Shown: positions 9,101 to 24,100 of the stretch, one piece after another | How the letters are laid out: the number at the start of each line of letters is the position of its first letter | Position numbering within the stretch: position 1 is the stretch's first letter | DNA from: the human T2T-CHM13v2.0 reference genome, Homo sapiens | Length of the DNA: 64,000 nt | Strand: one strand, 5' to 3' | Assembly (NCBI RefSeq): GCF_009914755.1 | Contig: NC_060927.1 | The notes under the pieces: model-generated | Told to the model about the DNA's origin: nothing | Database searches by the model: none | Seen by the model: only the letters and a program-made list of their open reading frames with translations | Position numbers and translations under genes: made by a program

Positions 9101-12100
9101 AGGAAGCTTCAGCTCTGTGAGTTGAATACCCACAACCCAAAAAGTTACTGAGAATTATTCTGTCTAGCATTACATGAAGAAATCCCGTTTCCAACGAAGG
9201 CCTCAAATACATCCAGATATCCAGTTGCTGACTTTACAAACTGAGTGTTTCCAAACTGCTCTATGAAAGGAAAGGTTAAACACTGTGAGTTGAACACACA
9301 CGTACCAAAGTAGTTTCTGAGAATGATTCTGTCTAGTTTGCATAAGAAAATATTTCCTTTTCTACCATTGGCCTCAAAGCTTTGAAATCTCCACTTGCAA
9401 ATTCCACAAAAAGAGAGTTTCAAATCTGCTGTTTCTAAAGGAAAGTTCAACTCTGAGAGTTGAATACACACCAGAAAAAGCAGTTACTGAGAAGTCTTCT
9501 GTCTAGCATTATATGAAGAAATCCCATTTCCAACGAAGACTTCAAAGAGGTCCAAATATCCACTTGCAGATTCTGCAAAAAGAGTGTTTCGAAACAACTG
9601 TATGAAAAGAAAGGTTAAACGCTGTGAGTTGAAGGCACACATTGCAAAGCAGTTTCTGAGAATGATTCCGTCTAATTATTATACGAAGGTATTTCCTTTT
9701 CTATCATGGGCCGCAAAGCGCTTGATACCTCCACCTGAAAATTCCACAAAAAGAGTGTTTCCAATCTACTCTGTCTAAAGGAACGTTCAACTCTGTGAGT
9801 TGAATACACACACACAGAAAGAATTCACTGAGAGTTCTTCTGTCTGGCATTACATGAAGAAATCCCGTTTCCAACGAAGGCCTCAAAGAGGTCCAAATAT
9901 CCACTTGCAGATTCTGCAAAAAGAGTGTTTCAAAACCGCTCCATGAAAAGGAATGTTGAACTCTGTGAGTTGAATGCAAACATCACAACTCAGTTTCTGA
10001 GAATGCTTCTGACTAGATTTTATGGTCAGATATTTCCTTTTCTACCATAGGCTTCAATACCCTCTAAATACAACCTTGCAAATTCTACAAAGAGACTGTT
10101 TAATAACTGCTCTATAGGAAGAAAGGTTGAACTCTGTGAGTTGAATGCAGAGATCACAACGTGGTTTCGGCGAATGATTCTTCGTAGTTTTTACATGAAG
10201 ATATTTCGTTCTCTACCGTAGGCTTCAAAGCACTCAAAGTATTCACTTGGAACTTTTACAAAAAGAGTGTTAGAAAACTGCTCTTTCCAAAGTAAGGTTC
10301 AACTCTGTGAGTTGAATGCACACATAACAAACAGGAAGTTTCTGAGAATTCTTCTGTCCTGGTTTATATGAAAAAATCCCGTTTCCAACGAAGGCCTCAA
10401 AGACGTTTAAATATCCACTTGCAGACTTCACAAATAGAGTGTTTCCAAACTGGTCTATGAAAAGAAAGGTTAAACTCTGTGAGTTGAACGCACACATCAC
10501 AAAGTAGTTTCTGAGAATGATACTGTCCAGTTTTTATACGAAGAGATTTCCTTTCCTACCATTGGCGTCAAAGCGCTAGAATTCTCCACTTGCAAATTCC
10601 ACAAAAAGAGAGTTTCCAATCTGCTCTGCCTAAAGGCAGGTTCAACTCTGTTAGTTGAATACACACACACAAGGAAGCTACTGAGAATTCTTTTGTCAAG
10701 AATTATAAGAAGAAATCCCGTTTCCAACGAAGGCCTCAAAGAGTTCCATATATCCACTTGCACACTGTACAAACTAAGTCTTTCCAAACTGCTCTATGCA
10801 AAGAAATGTTCAACCCTGTGAGTTTAATGCACACATCACAAAGCAGTTTCTGAGAATGATTCCCTCTAGTTTTTATACGAAGATAGCCTTTTCTACCATT
10901 GGCCTCAAGGCTCTTGGAATCTCCACCTGAAAATTCCGCAAAAAGCGTGTTTCCAATCCGCTCTGTCTAAAGGAAGGTTCAACTCTCTGAGTTGAATACA
11001 TACATCCCAAAAGAAGTTACTGAGAATTCTTCTGTCTAGGATTATGTGAAGAAATCCCATTTCCAACGAAAGCCTCAAAGAGGTCCTAATATCCAGTTGC
11101 AGAATTTACAAACTGACTGTTTCCAAACTCATCTATGAAAAGAAAGGTTAAACCCTGTGAGTTGAATGCACATATCACAAAGTAGTTCCTGAGAATGATT
11201 CTGTCTAGTTTTTATACGAAGATATTTCCTTTTCCACCAATGGCCTCAAAGTGCTTGAAATCTCCCCTTGCAAATTCCACAGAAAAGTGTTTCAAATCTG
11301 CACTGTCTGAAGGAAGGTTCAACCCTGTGAGTTGAATACACACACACAGAAAAAAATTCACTGAGAATTCTATTGTCTATCATTACATGAAGAAATCCCG
11401 TTTACTACGAAGGCCTCAAAGAGGTCCAAATATCCAGCTGCAGACATTAAAAACTGAGTGTTTCCAAAGTGCTCTATGAAAAGAAGTGTTAAACACTGTG
11501 AGTTCAATGCACACATCCCAAAGCAGTTTCTGAGAATGATTCCGTCTATTTTTTCTACGAAGATATTTCCTTTTCTACCGTTGGCCTCAAAGCGCGTGAA
11601 ATCTCCACTTGCAAATTCCACGAAAAGAGAGTTTCAAATCTGCTCTGTCTAAAGGAAGGTTCAACTCTGTGAGTTGAGTACACACCACAAAAAGAAGTTA
11701 CTGAGAATTCTTCTGTCTAGCATTATATGAAAAATCCCGTTTCCAACGAAGGCCACAAAGAGGTCCAAATATCCACTTGCAGATTCTGCAAAAAGAGTGT
11801 TTCGAAACTGCTCTATGAAAAGAAACGTGAAACTCTGTGAGTTGAACGCAAACATCACAAAGTAGTTTCTGAGAATGACTCCGTCTAGTTTTTATACGAA
11901 GATATTTCCTTTTCTACCATTGGCCTCAAAGCGCTTGAAGTCTCCCCCTGAAAATTCCACAAAAAGTGTTTCCAATCTGCTCCGCCTAAAGGAAGCTTCA
12001 ACTCTGTGAGTTGAATACCCACAACCCAAAGAAGTTACTGAGAATTCTTCTGTCTAGCATTATATGAAGAAATCCCGTTTCCAACGAAGGCCTCAAATAC

Positions 12101-15100
12101 ATCCAGATATCCAGTTGCTGACTTTACAAACTGAGTGTTTCCAAACTGCTCTATGAAAGGAAAGGTTAAACACTGTGAGTTGAACACACACGTACCAAAG
12201 TAGTTTCTGAGAATGATTCTGTCTAGTTTGCATACGAAGATATTTCCTTTTCTACCATTGGCCTCAAAGCTTTGAAATCTCCACTTGCAAATTCCACAAA
12301 AAGAGAGTTTCAAATCTGCTGTTTCTAAAGGAAAGTTCAACTCTGAGAGTTGAATACACACCAGAAAAAGCAGTTACTGAGAAGTCTTCTGTCTAGCATT
12401 ATATGAAGAAATCCCATTTCCAACGAAGACTTCAAAGAGGTCCAAATATCCACTTGCAGATTCTGCAAAAAGAGTGTTTCGAAACAACTGTATGAAAAGA
12501 AAGGTTAAACGCTGTGAGTTGAAGGCACACATTGCAAAGCAGTTTCTGAGAATGATTCCGTCTAATTATTATACGAAGGTATTTCCTTTTCTATCATGGG
12601 CCGCAAAGCGCTTGATACCTCCACCTGAAAATTCCACAAAAAGAGTGTTTCCAATCTACTCTGTCTAAAGGAACGTTCAACACTGTGAGTTGAATACACA
12701 CACACAGAAAGAATTCACTGAGAGTTCTTCTGTCTGGCATTACATGAAGAAATCCCGTTTCCAACGAAGGCCTCAAAGAGGTCCAAATATCCACTTGCAG
12801 ATTCTGCAAAAAGAGTGTTTCAAAACCGCTCCATGAAAAGGAATGTTGAACTCTGTGAGTTGAATGCAAACATCACAACTCAGTTTCTGAGAATGCTTCT
12901 GACTAGATTTTATGGTCAGATATTTCCTTTTCTACCATAGGCTTCAATACCCTCTAAATACACCCTTGCAAATTCTACAAAGAGACTGTTTAATAACTGC
13001 TCTATAGGAAGAAAGGTTGAACTCTGTGAGTTGAATGCAGAGATCACAACGTGGTATCGGCGAATGATTCTTCGCAGTTTTTACATGAAGATATTTCGTT
13101 GTCTACCGTAGGCTTCAGAGCACTCAAAGTATTCACTTGGAACTTTTACAAAAAGAGTGTTAGAAAACTGCTCTTTCCAAAGTAAGGTTCAACTCTGTGA
13201 GTTGAATGCACACATAACAAACAAGAAGTTTCTGAGAATTCTTCTGTCCTGGTTTATATGAAAAAATCCCGTTTCCAACGAAGGCCTCAAAGACGTTTAA
13301 ATATCCACTTGCAGACTTCACAAACAGAGTGTTTCCAAACTGGTCTATGAAAAGAAAGGTTAAACTCTGTGAGTTGAACGCACACATCACAAAGTAGTTT
13401 CTGAGAATGATACTGTCCAGTTTTTATACGAAGAGATTTCCTTTCCTACCATTGGCGTCAAAGCTCTAGAATTCTCCACTTGCAAATTCCACAAAAAGAG
13501 AGTTTACAATCTGCTCTGCCTAAAGGCAGGTTCAACTCTGTTAGTTGAATACACACACACAAGGAAGCTACTGAGAATTCTTTTGTCAAGAATTATAAGA
13601 AGAAATCCCGTTTCCAACGAAGGCCTCAAAGAGTTCCAAATATCCACTTGCACACTGTACAAACTAAGTCTTTCCAAACTGCTCTATGCAAAGAAATCTT
13701 CAACCCTGTGAGTTTAATGCACACATCACAAAGCAGTTTCTGAGAATGATTCCCTCTAGTTTTTATACGAAGATAGCCTTTTCTACCATTGGCCTCAAGG
13801 CTCTTGGAATCTCCACCTGAAAATTCCGCAAAAAGCGTGTTTCCAATGCGCTCTGTCTAAAGGAAGGTTCAACTCTCTGAGTTGAATACATACATCCCAA
13901 AAGAAGTTACTGAGAATTCTTCTGTCTAGCATTATGTGAAGAAATCCCGTTTCCAACGAAAGCCTCAAAGAGGTCCTAATATCCAGTTGCAGAATTTACA
14001 AACTGACTGTTTCCAAACTCATCTATGAAAAGAAAGGTTAAACCCTGTGAGTTGAATGCACATATCACAAAGTAGTTCCTGAGAATGATTCTGTCTAGTT
14101 TTTATACGAAGATATTTCCTTTTCCACCAATGGCCTCAAAGTGCTTGAAATCTCCCCTTGCAAATTCCACAGAAAAGTGTCTCAAATCTGCACTGTCTGA
14201 AGGAAGGTTCAACCCTGTGAGTTGAATACACACACACAGAAAAAAATTCACTGAGAATTCTATTGTCTATCATTACACGAAGAAATCCCGTTTACTACGA
14301 AGGCCTCAAAGAGGTCCAAATATCCAGCTGCAGACATTACAAACAGTGTTTCCAAAGTGCTCTATGAAAAGAAGTGTTAAACACTGTGAGTTCAATGCAC
14401 ACATCCCAAAGCAGTTTCTGAGAATGATTCCGTCTATTTTTTCTACGAAGATATTTCCTTTTCTGCCGTTGGCCTCAAAGCGCTTGAAATCTCCACTTGC
14501 AAATTCCACGAAAAGAGAGTTTCAAATCTGCTCTGTCTAAAGGAAGGTTCAACTCTGTGAGTTGAATACACACCACAAAAAGAAGTTACTGAGAATTCTT
14601 CTGTCTAGCATTATATGAAAAATCCCGTTTCCAACGAAGGCCACAAAGAGGTCCAAATATCCACTTGCCGATTCTGCAAAAAGAGTGTTTCCAAACTGCT
14701 CTATGAAAAGAAACGTTAAACTCTGTGAGTTGAACGCAAACATCACAAAGTAGTTTCTGAGAATGACTCCGTCTAGTTTTTATACGAAGATATTTCCTTT
14801 TCTACCGTCGGCCTCAAAGGGCTTGAAGTCTCCCCCTGAAAATTCCACAAAAAGTGTTTCCAATCTGCTCCGCCTAAAGGAAGCTTCAACTCTGTGAGTT
14901 GAATACCCACAACACAAAGAAGTTACTGAGAATTCTTCTGTCTAGCATTATATGAAGAAATCCTGTTTCCAACGAAGGCCTCAAATACATCCAAATATCC
15001 AGTTGCTGACTTTACAAACTGAGTATTTCCAAACTGCTCTATGAAAGGAAAGGTTAAACACTGTGAGTTGAACACACACGTACCAAAGTAGTTTCTGAGA

Positions 15101-18100
15101 ATGATTCTGTCTAGTTTGCATACGAAGATATTTCCTTTTCTACCATTGGCCTCAAAGCTTTGAAATCTCCACTTGCAAATTCCACAAAAAGAGATTCAAA
15201 TCTGCTGTTTCTAAAGGAAAGTTCAACTCTGAGAGTTGAATACACACCAGAAAAAGCAGTTACTGAGACGTCTTCTGTCCAACATTATATGAAGAAATCC
15301 CATTTCCAACGAAGACTTCAAAGAGGTCCAAATATCCACTTCCAGATTCTGCAAAAAGAGTGTTTCGAAACAACTGTATGAAAAGAAAGGTTAAACACTG
15401 TGAGTTGAACGCACACATTGCAAAGCAGTTTCTGAGAATGATTCCGTCTAATTATTATACGAAGGTATTTCCTTTTCTATCATTGGCCTCAAAGCACTTG
15501 ATACCTCCACCTGAAAATTCCACAAAAAGAGTGTTTCCAATCTACTCTGTCTAAAGGAACGTTCAACTCTGTGAGTTGAATACACACACACAGAAAGAAT
15601 TCACTGAGAGTTCTTCTGTCTGGCATTACATGAAGAAATCCCGTTTCCAACGAAGGCCTCAAAGAGGTCCAAATATCCACTTGCAGATTCTGCAAAAAGA
15701 GAGTTTCAAAACCGCTCTATTAAAAGGAATGTTGAACTCTGTGAGTTGAATGCAAACATCACAACTCAGTTTCTGAGAAAGCTTCTGACTAGATTTTATG
15801 GTCAGATATTTCCTTTTCTACCGTAGGCCTCAATGCCCTCTAAATACACCCTTGCAAATTCTACAAACAGACTGTTTAATAACTGCTCTGTAGGAAGAAA
15901 AGTTGAACTCTGTGAGTTGAATGCAGAGATCACAACGTGGTTTCTGCGAATGATTCTTTGTAGTTTTTACATGAAGATATTTCGTTGTCTACCGTAGGCT
16001 TCAAAGCACTCAAAGTATTCACTTGGAACTTTTACAAAAAGAGTGTTAGAAAACTGCTCTTTCCAAAGTAAGGTTCAACTCTGTGAGTTGAATGCACACA
16101 TAACAAACAAGAAGTTTCTGAGAATTCTTCTGTCCTGGTTTATATGAAAAAATCCCGTTTCCAACGAAGGCCTCAAAGACGTTTAAATATCCACTTGCAG
16201 ACTTCACAAACAGAGTGTTTCCAAACTGCTCTATGAAAAGAAAGGTTAAACTCTGTGTGTTGATCGCACACATCACAAAGTAGTTTCTGAGAATGATACT
16301 GTCCAGTTTTTATACGAAGAGATTTCCTTTCCTACCATTGGCGTCAAAGCGCTAGAATTCTCCACTTGCAAATTCCACAAAAAGAGGGTTTCCAATCTGC
16401 TCTGTCTAAAGGAAGGTTCAACTCTGTGAGTTGAATACACACACACAAAGAAGCTACTGAGAATTCTTTTGTGAAGAATTATAAGAAGAAATCCCGTTTC
16501 CAACGAAGGCCTCAAAGAGTTCCAAATATCCACTTGCACACTGTACAAACTAAGTCTTTCCAAACTGCTCTATGCAAAGAAATGTTCAACTCTGTGAGTT
16601 CAATGCACACATCACAAAGCAGTTTCTGAGAATGAATCCCTCTAGTTTTTATACGAAGATAGCCTTTTCTACCATTGGCCTCAAGGCTCTTGGAATCTCC
16701 ACCTGAAAATTCCGCAGAAAGCGTGTTTCCAATCCGCTCTGTCTAAAGGAAGGTTCAACTCTCTGAGTTGAATACATACATCCCAAAAGAAGTTACTGCG
16801 AATTCTTCTGTCTAGCATTATGTGAAGAAATCCCGTTTCCAACGAAAGCCTCAAAGAGGTCCAAATATCCAGTTGCAGAATTTACAAACTGACTGTTTCC
16901 AAACTCATCTATGAAAAGAAAGGTTAAACTCTGTGAGTTGAATGCACATATCACAAAGTAGTTCCTGAGTATGATTCTGTCTGTTTTTTATACGAAGATA
17001 TTTCCTTTTCCACCAATGGCCTCAAAGTGCTTGAAATCTCCCCTTGCAAATTCCACAGAAAAGTGTTTCAAATCTGCACTGTCTGAAGGAAGGTTCAACC
17101 CTGTGAGTTGAATACACACACACAGAAAAAAATTCACTGAGAATTCTATTGTCTATCATTACACGAAGAAATCCCGTTTACTACGAAGGCCTCAAAGAGG
17201 TCCAAATATCCAGCTGCAGACATTACAAACTGAGTGTTTCCAAAGTGCTCTATGAAAAGAAGTGTTAAACACTGTGAGTTCAATGCACACATCCCAAAGC
17301 AGTTTCTGAGAATGATTCCGTCTATTTTTTTCTACGAAGATATTTCCTTTTCTACCGTTGGCCTCAAAGCGCTTGAAATCTCCATTTGCAAATTCCACAA
17401 AAAGAGAGTTTCAAATCTGCTCTGTCTAAAGGAAGGTTCAACTCTGTGAGTTGAATACACACCACAAAAAGAAGTTACTGAGAATTCTTCTGTCTAGCAT
17501 TATATGAAAAATCCCGTTTCCAACGATGGCCACAAAGAGGTCCAAATATCCACTTGCAGACTCTGCAAAAAGAGTGTTTCCAAACTGCTCTATGAAAAGA
17601 AACGTTAAACTCTGTGAGTTGAACGCAAACATCACAAAGTAGTTTCTGAGAATGACTCCGTCTAGTTTTTATACGAAGATATTTCCTTTTCTACCGTTGG
17701 CCTCAAAGCGCTTGAAGTCTCCCCCTGAAAATTCCACAAAAAGTGTTTCCAATCTGCTCCGCCTAAAGGAAGCTTCAACTCTGTGAGTTGAATACCCACA
17801 ACACAAAGAAGTTACTGAGAATACTTTTGTCTAGCATTATATGAAGAAATCCCGTTTCCAACGAAGGCCTCAAATACATCCAAATATCCAGTTGCTGACT
17901 TTACAAACTGAGTGTTTCCAAACTGCTCTATGAAAGGAAAGGTTAAACACTGTGAGTTGAACACACACGTACCAAAGTAGTTTCTGAGAATGATTCTGTC
18001 CAGTTTGCATACGAAGATATTTCCTTTTCTACCATTGGCCTCAAAGCTTTGAAATCTCCACTTGCAAATTCCACAAAAAGAGAATTTCAAATCTGCTGTT

Positions 18101-21100
18101 TCTAAAGGAAAGTTCAACTCTGAGAGTTGAATACACACCAGAAAAAGCAGTTAATGAGAAGTCTTCTGTCCAACATTATATGAAGAAATCCCATTTCCAA
18201 CGAAGACTTCAAAGAGGTCCAAATATCCACTTGCAGATTCTGCAAAAACAGTGTTTCGAAACAACTGTATGAAAAGAAAGGTTAAACACTGTGAGTTGAA
18301 CGCACACATTGCAAAGCAGTTTCTGAGAATGATTCCGTCTAATTATTATACGAAGGTATTTCCTTTTCTATCATTGGCCTCAAAGCACTTGATACCTCCA
18401 CCTGAAAATTCCACAAAAAGAGTGTTTCCAATCTACTCTGTCTAAAGGAACGTTCAACTCTGTGAGTTGAATACACACACACAGAAAGAATTCACTGAGA
18501 GTTCTTCTGTCTGGCATTACATGAAGAAATCCCATTTCCAACGAAGGCCTCAAAGAGGTCCAAATATCCACTTGCAGATTCTGCAAAAAGAGTGTTTCAA
18601 AACCGCTCTATTAAAAGGAATGTTGAACTCTGTGAGTTGAATGCAAACATCACAACTCAGTTTCTGAGAATGCTTCTGACTAGATTTTATGGTCAGATAT
18701 TTCCTTTTCTACCGTAGGCCTCAATGCCCTCTAAATACACCCTTGCAAATTCTACAAACAGACTGTTTAATAACTGCTCTGTAGGAAGAAAGGTTGAACT
18801 CTGTGAGTTGAATGCAGAGATCACAACGTGGTTTCTGCGAATGATTCTTTGTAGTTTTTACATGAAGATATTTCGTTGTCTACCGTAGGCTTCAAAGCAC
18901 TCAAAGTATTCACTTGGAACTTTTACAAAAAGAGTGTTAGAAAACTGCTCTTTGCAAAGTAAGGTTCAACTCTGTGAGTTGAATGCACACATAACAAACA
19001 AGAAGTTTCTGAGAATTCTTCTGTCCTGGTTTATATGAAAAAATCCCGTTTCCAACGAAGGCCTCAAAGACGTTTAAATATCCACTTGCAGACTTCACAA
19101 ACAGAGTGTTTCCAAACTGCTCTATGAAAAGAAAGGTTAAACTCTGTGAGTTGATCGCACACATCACAAAGTAGTTTCTGAGAATGATACTGTCCAGTTT
19201 TTATACGAAGAGATTTCCTTTCCTACCATTGGCGTCAAAGCGCTAGAATTCTCCACTTGCAAATTCCACAAAAAGAGGGTTTCCAATCTGCTCTGTCTAA
19301 AGGAAGGTTCAACTCTGTGAGTTGAATACACACACCCAAAGAAGCTACTGAGAATTCTTTTGTGAAGAATTATAAGAAGAAATCCCGTTTCCAACGAAGG
19401 CCTCAAAGAGTTCCAAATATCCACTTGCACACTGTACAAACTAAGTCTTTCCAAACTGCTCTATGCAAAGAAATGTTCAACTCTGTGAGTTCAATGCACA
19501 CATCACAAAGCAGTTTCTGAGAATGATTCCCTCTAGTTTTTATACGAAGATAGCCTTTTCTACCATTGGCCTCAAGGCTCTTGGAATCTCCACCTGAAAA
19601 TTCCGCAAAAAGCGTGTTTCCAATGCGCTCTGTCTAAAGGAAGGTTCAACTCTCTGAGTTGAATACATACATCCCAAAAGATGTTACTGCGAATTCTTCT
19701 GTCTAGCATTATGTGAAGAAATCCCGTTTCCAACCAAAGCCTCCAAGAGGTCCTAATATCCAGTTGCAGAATTTACAAACTGACTGTTTCCAAACTCATC
19801 TATGAAAAGAAAGGTTAAACCCTGTGAGTTGAATGCACATATCACAAAGTAGTTCCTGAGAATGATTCTGTCTAGTTTTTATACGAAGATATTTCCTTTT
19901 CCACCAATGGCCTCAAAGTGCTTGAAATCTCCCCTTGCAAATTCCACAGAAAAGTGTTTCAAATCTGCACTGTCTGAAGGAAGGTTCAACCCTGTGAGTT
20001 GAATACACACACACAGAAAAAAATTCACTGAGAATTCTATTGTCTATCATTACACGAAGAAATCCCGTTTACTACGAAGGCCTCAGAGAGGTCCAAATAT
20101 CCAGCTGCAGACATTACAAACTGAGTGTTTCCAAAGTGCTCTATGAAAAGAAGTGTTAAACACTGTGAGTTCAATGCACACATCCCAAAGCAGTTTCTGA
20201 GAATGATTCCGTCTATTTTTTCTACGAAGGTATTTCCTTTTCTACCGTTGGCCTCAAAGCGCTTGAAATCTCCACTTGCAAATTCCACGAAAAGAGAGTT
20301 TCAAATCTGCTCTGTCTAAAGGAAGGTTCAACTCTGTGAGTTGAATACACACCACAAAAAGAAGTTACTGAGAATTCTTCTGTCTAGCATTATATGAAAA
20401 ATCCCGTTTCCAACGAAGGCCACAAAGAGGTCCAAATATCCACTTGCCGATTCTGCAAAAAGAGTGTTTCCAAACTGCTCTATGAAAAGAAACGTTAAAC
20501 TCTGTGAGTTGAACGCAAACATCACAAAGTAGTTTCTGAGAATGACTCCGTCTAGTTTTTATACGAAGATATTTCCTTTTCTACCGTTGGCCTCAAAGCG
20601 CTTGAAGTCTCCCCCTGAAAATTCCACAAAAAGTGTTTCCAATCTGCTCCGCCTAAAGGAAGCTTCAGCTCTGTGAGTTGAATACCCACAACCCAAAGAA
20701 GTTACTGAGAATTCTTCTGTCTAGCATTACATGAAGAATTCCCGTTTCCAACGAAGGCCTCAAATACATCCAGATATCCATTGGCTGACTTTACAAACTG
20801 AGTGTTTCCAAACTGCTCTATGAAAGGAAAGGTTAAACACTGTGAGTTGAACACACACGTACCAAAGTAGTTTCTGAGAATGATTCTGTCTCGTTTGCAT
20901 ACGAAGATATTTCCTTTTCTACCATTGGCCTCAAAGCTTTGAAATCTCCACTTGCAAATTCCACAAAATGAGAGTTTCAAATCTGCTGTTTCTAAAGGAA
21001 AGTTCAACTCTGAGAGTTGAATACACACCAGAAAAAGCAGTTACTGAGAAGTCTTCTGTCTAGCATTATATGAAGAAATCCCATTTCCAACGAAGACTTC

Positions 21101-24100
21101 AAAGAGGTCCAAATATCCACTGGCAGATTCTGCAAAAAGAGTGTTTCGAAACAACTGTATGAAAAGAAAGGTTAAACGCTGTGAGTTGAAGGCACACATT
21201 GCAAAGCAGTTTCTGAGAATGATTCCGTCTAATTATTATACGAAGGTATTTCCTTTTCTATCATGGGCCTCAAAGCGCTTGATACCTCCACCTGAAAATT
21301 CCACAAAAAGAGTGTTTCCAATCTACTCTGTCTAAAGGAACGTTCAACTCTGTGAGTTGAATACACACACACAGAAAGAATTCACTGAGAGTTCTTCTGT
21401 CTGGCATTACATGAAGAAATCCCGTTTCCAACGAAGGCCTCAAAGAGGTCCAAATATCCACTTGCAGATTCTGCAAAAAGAGTGTTTCAAAACCGCTCCA
21501 TGAAAAGGAATGTTGAACTCTGTGAGTTGAATGCAAACATCACAACTCAGTTTCTGAGAATGCTTCTGACTAGATTTTATGGTCAGATATTTCCTTTTCT
21601 ACCGTAGGCTTCAATGCCCTCTAAATACACCCTTGCAAATTCTACAAAGAGACTGTTTAATAACTGCTCTATAGGAAGAAAGGTTGAACTCTGTGAGTTG
21701 AATGCAGAGATCACAACCTGGTTTCGGCGAATGATTCTTCGGAGTTTTTACATGAAGATATTTCGTTGTCGACCGCAGGCTTCAAAGCACTCAAAGTATT
21801 CACTTGGAACTTTTACAAAAAGAGTGTTAGAAAACTGCTCTTTCCAAAGTAAGGTTCAACTCTGTGAGTTGAATGCACACATAACAAACAAGAAGTTTCT
21901 GAGAATTCTTCTGTCCTGGTTTATATGAAAAAATCCCGTTTCCAACGAAGGCCTCAAAGGCGTTTAAATATCCACTTGCAGACTTCACAAACAGAGTGTT
22001 TCCAAACTGCTCTATGAAAAGAAAGGTTAAACTCTGTGAGTTGAACGCACACATCACAAAGTAGTTTCTGAGAATGATACTGTCCAGTTTTTATACGAAG
22101 ATATTTCCTTTCCTACCATTGGCGTCAAAGCGCTAGAATTCTCCACTTGCAAATTCCACAAAAAGAGGGTTTCCAATCTGCTCTGCCTAAAGGCAGGTTC
22201 AACTCTGTGAGTTGAATACACACACACAAAGAAGCTACAGAGAATTCTTTTGTCAAGAATTATAAGAAGAAATCCCGTTTCCAACGAAGGCCTCAAAGAG
22301 TTCCAAATATCCACTTGCACACTGTACAAACTAAGTCTTTCCAAACTGCTCTATGCAAAGAAATGTTCAACCCTGTGAGTTTAATGCACACATCACAAAG
22401 CAGTTTCTGAGAATGATTCCCTCTAGTTTTTATACGAAGATAGCCTTTTCTACCATTGGCCTCAAGGCTCTTGGAATCTCCACCTGAAAATTCCGCAAAA
22501 AGCGTGTTTCCAATGCGCTCTGTCTAAAGGAAGGTTCAACTCTCTGAGTTCAATACATACATCCCAAAGGAAGTTACTGAGAATTCTTCTGTCTAGCATT
22601 ATGTGAAGAAATCCCGTTTCCAACGAAAGCCTCAAAGAGGTCCAAATATCCAGTTGCAGAATTTACAAACTGACTGTTTCCAAACTCATCTATGAAAAGA
22701 AAGGTTAAACCCTGTGAGTTGAATGCACATATCACAAAGTAGTTCCTGAGAATGATTCTGTCTAGTTTTTATACGAAGATATTTCCTTTTCCACCAATGG
22801 CCTCAAAGTGCTTGAAATCTCCCCTTGCAAATTCCACAGAAAAGTGTTTCAAATCTGCACTGCCTGAAGGAAGGTTCAACCCTGTGAGTTGAATACACAC
22901 ACACAGAAAAAAATTCACTGAGAATTCTATTGTCTATCATTACACGAAGAAATCCCGTTTACTACGAAGGCCTCAAAGAGGTCCAAATATCCAGCTGCAG
23001 ACATTACAAACTGAGTGTTTCCAAAGTGCTCTATGAAAAGAAGTGTTAAACACTGTGAGTTCAATGCACACATCCCAAAGCAGTTTCTGAGAATGATTCC
23101 GTCTATTTTTTCTACGAAGATATTTCCTTTTCTACCGTTGGCCTCAAAGCGCTTGAAATCTCCACTTGCAAATTCCACGAAAAGAGAGTTTCAAATCTGC
23201 TCTGTCTAAAGGAAGGTTCAACTCTGTGAGTTGAATACACACCACAAAAAGAAGTTACTGAGAATTCTTCTGTCCAGCATTATATGAAAAATCCCGTTTC
23301 CAACGAAGGCCACAAAGAGGTCCAAATATCCACTTGCAGATTCTGCAAAAAGAGTGTTTCCAAACTGCTCTATGAAAAGAAACGTTAAACTCTGTGAGTT
23401 GAACGCAAACATCACAAAGTAGTTTCTGAGAATGACTCCGTCTAGTTTTTATACGAAGATATTTCCTTTTCTACCGTTGGCCTCAAAGCGCTTGAAGTCT
23501 CCCCCTGAAAATTCCACAAAAAGTGTTTCCAATCTGCTCCGCCTAAAGGAAGCTTCAGCTCTGTGAGTTGAATACCCACAACCCAAAGAAGTTACTGAGA
23601 ATTCTTCTGTCTAGCATTACATGAAGAAATCCCGTTTCCAACGAAGGCCTCAAATACATCCAAATATCCAGTTGCTGACTTTACAAACTGAGTGTTTCCA
23701 AACTGCTCTATGAAAGGAAAGGTTAAACACTGTGAGTTGAACACACACGTACCAAAGTGGTTTCTGAGAATGATTCTGTCTCGTTTGCATACGAAGATAT
23801 TTCCTTTTCTACCATTGGCCTCAAAGCTTTGAAATCTCCACTTGCAAATTCCACAAAATGAGAGTTTCAAATCTGCTGTTTCTAAAGGAAAGTTCAACTC
23901 TGAGAGTTGAATACACACCAGAAAAAGCAGTTACTGAGAAGTCTTCTGTCTAGCATTATATGAAGAAATCCCATTTCCAACGAAGACTTCAAAGAGGTCC
24001 AAATATCCACTTGCAGATTCTGCAAAAAGAGTGTTTCGAAACAACTGTATGAAAAGAAAGGTTAAACGCTGTGAGTTGAAGGCACACATTGCAAAGCAGT

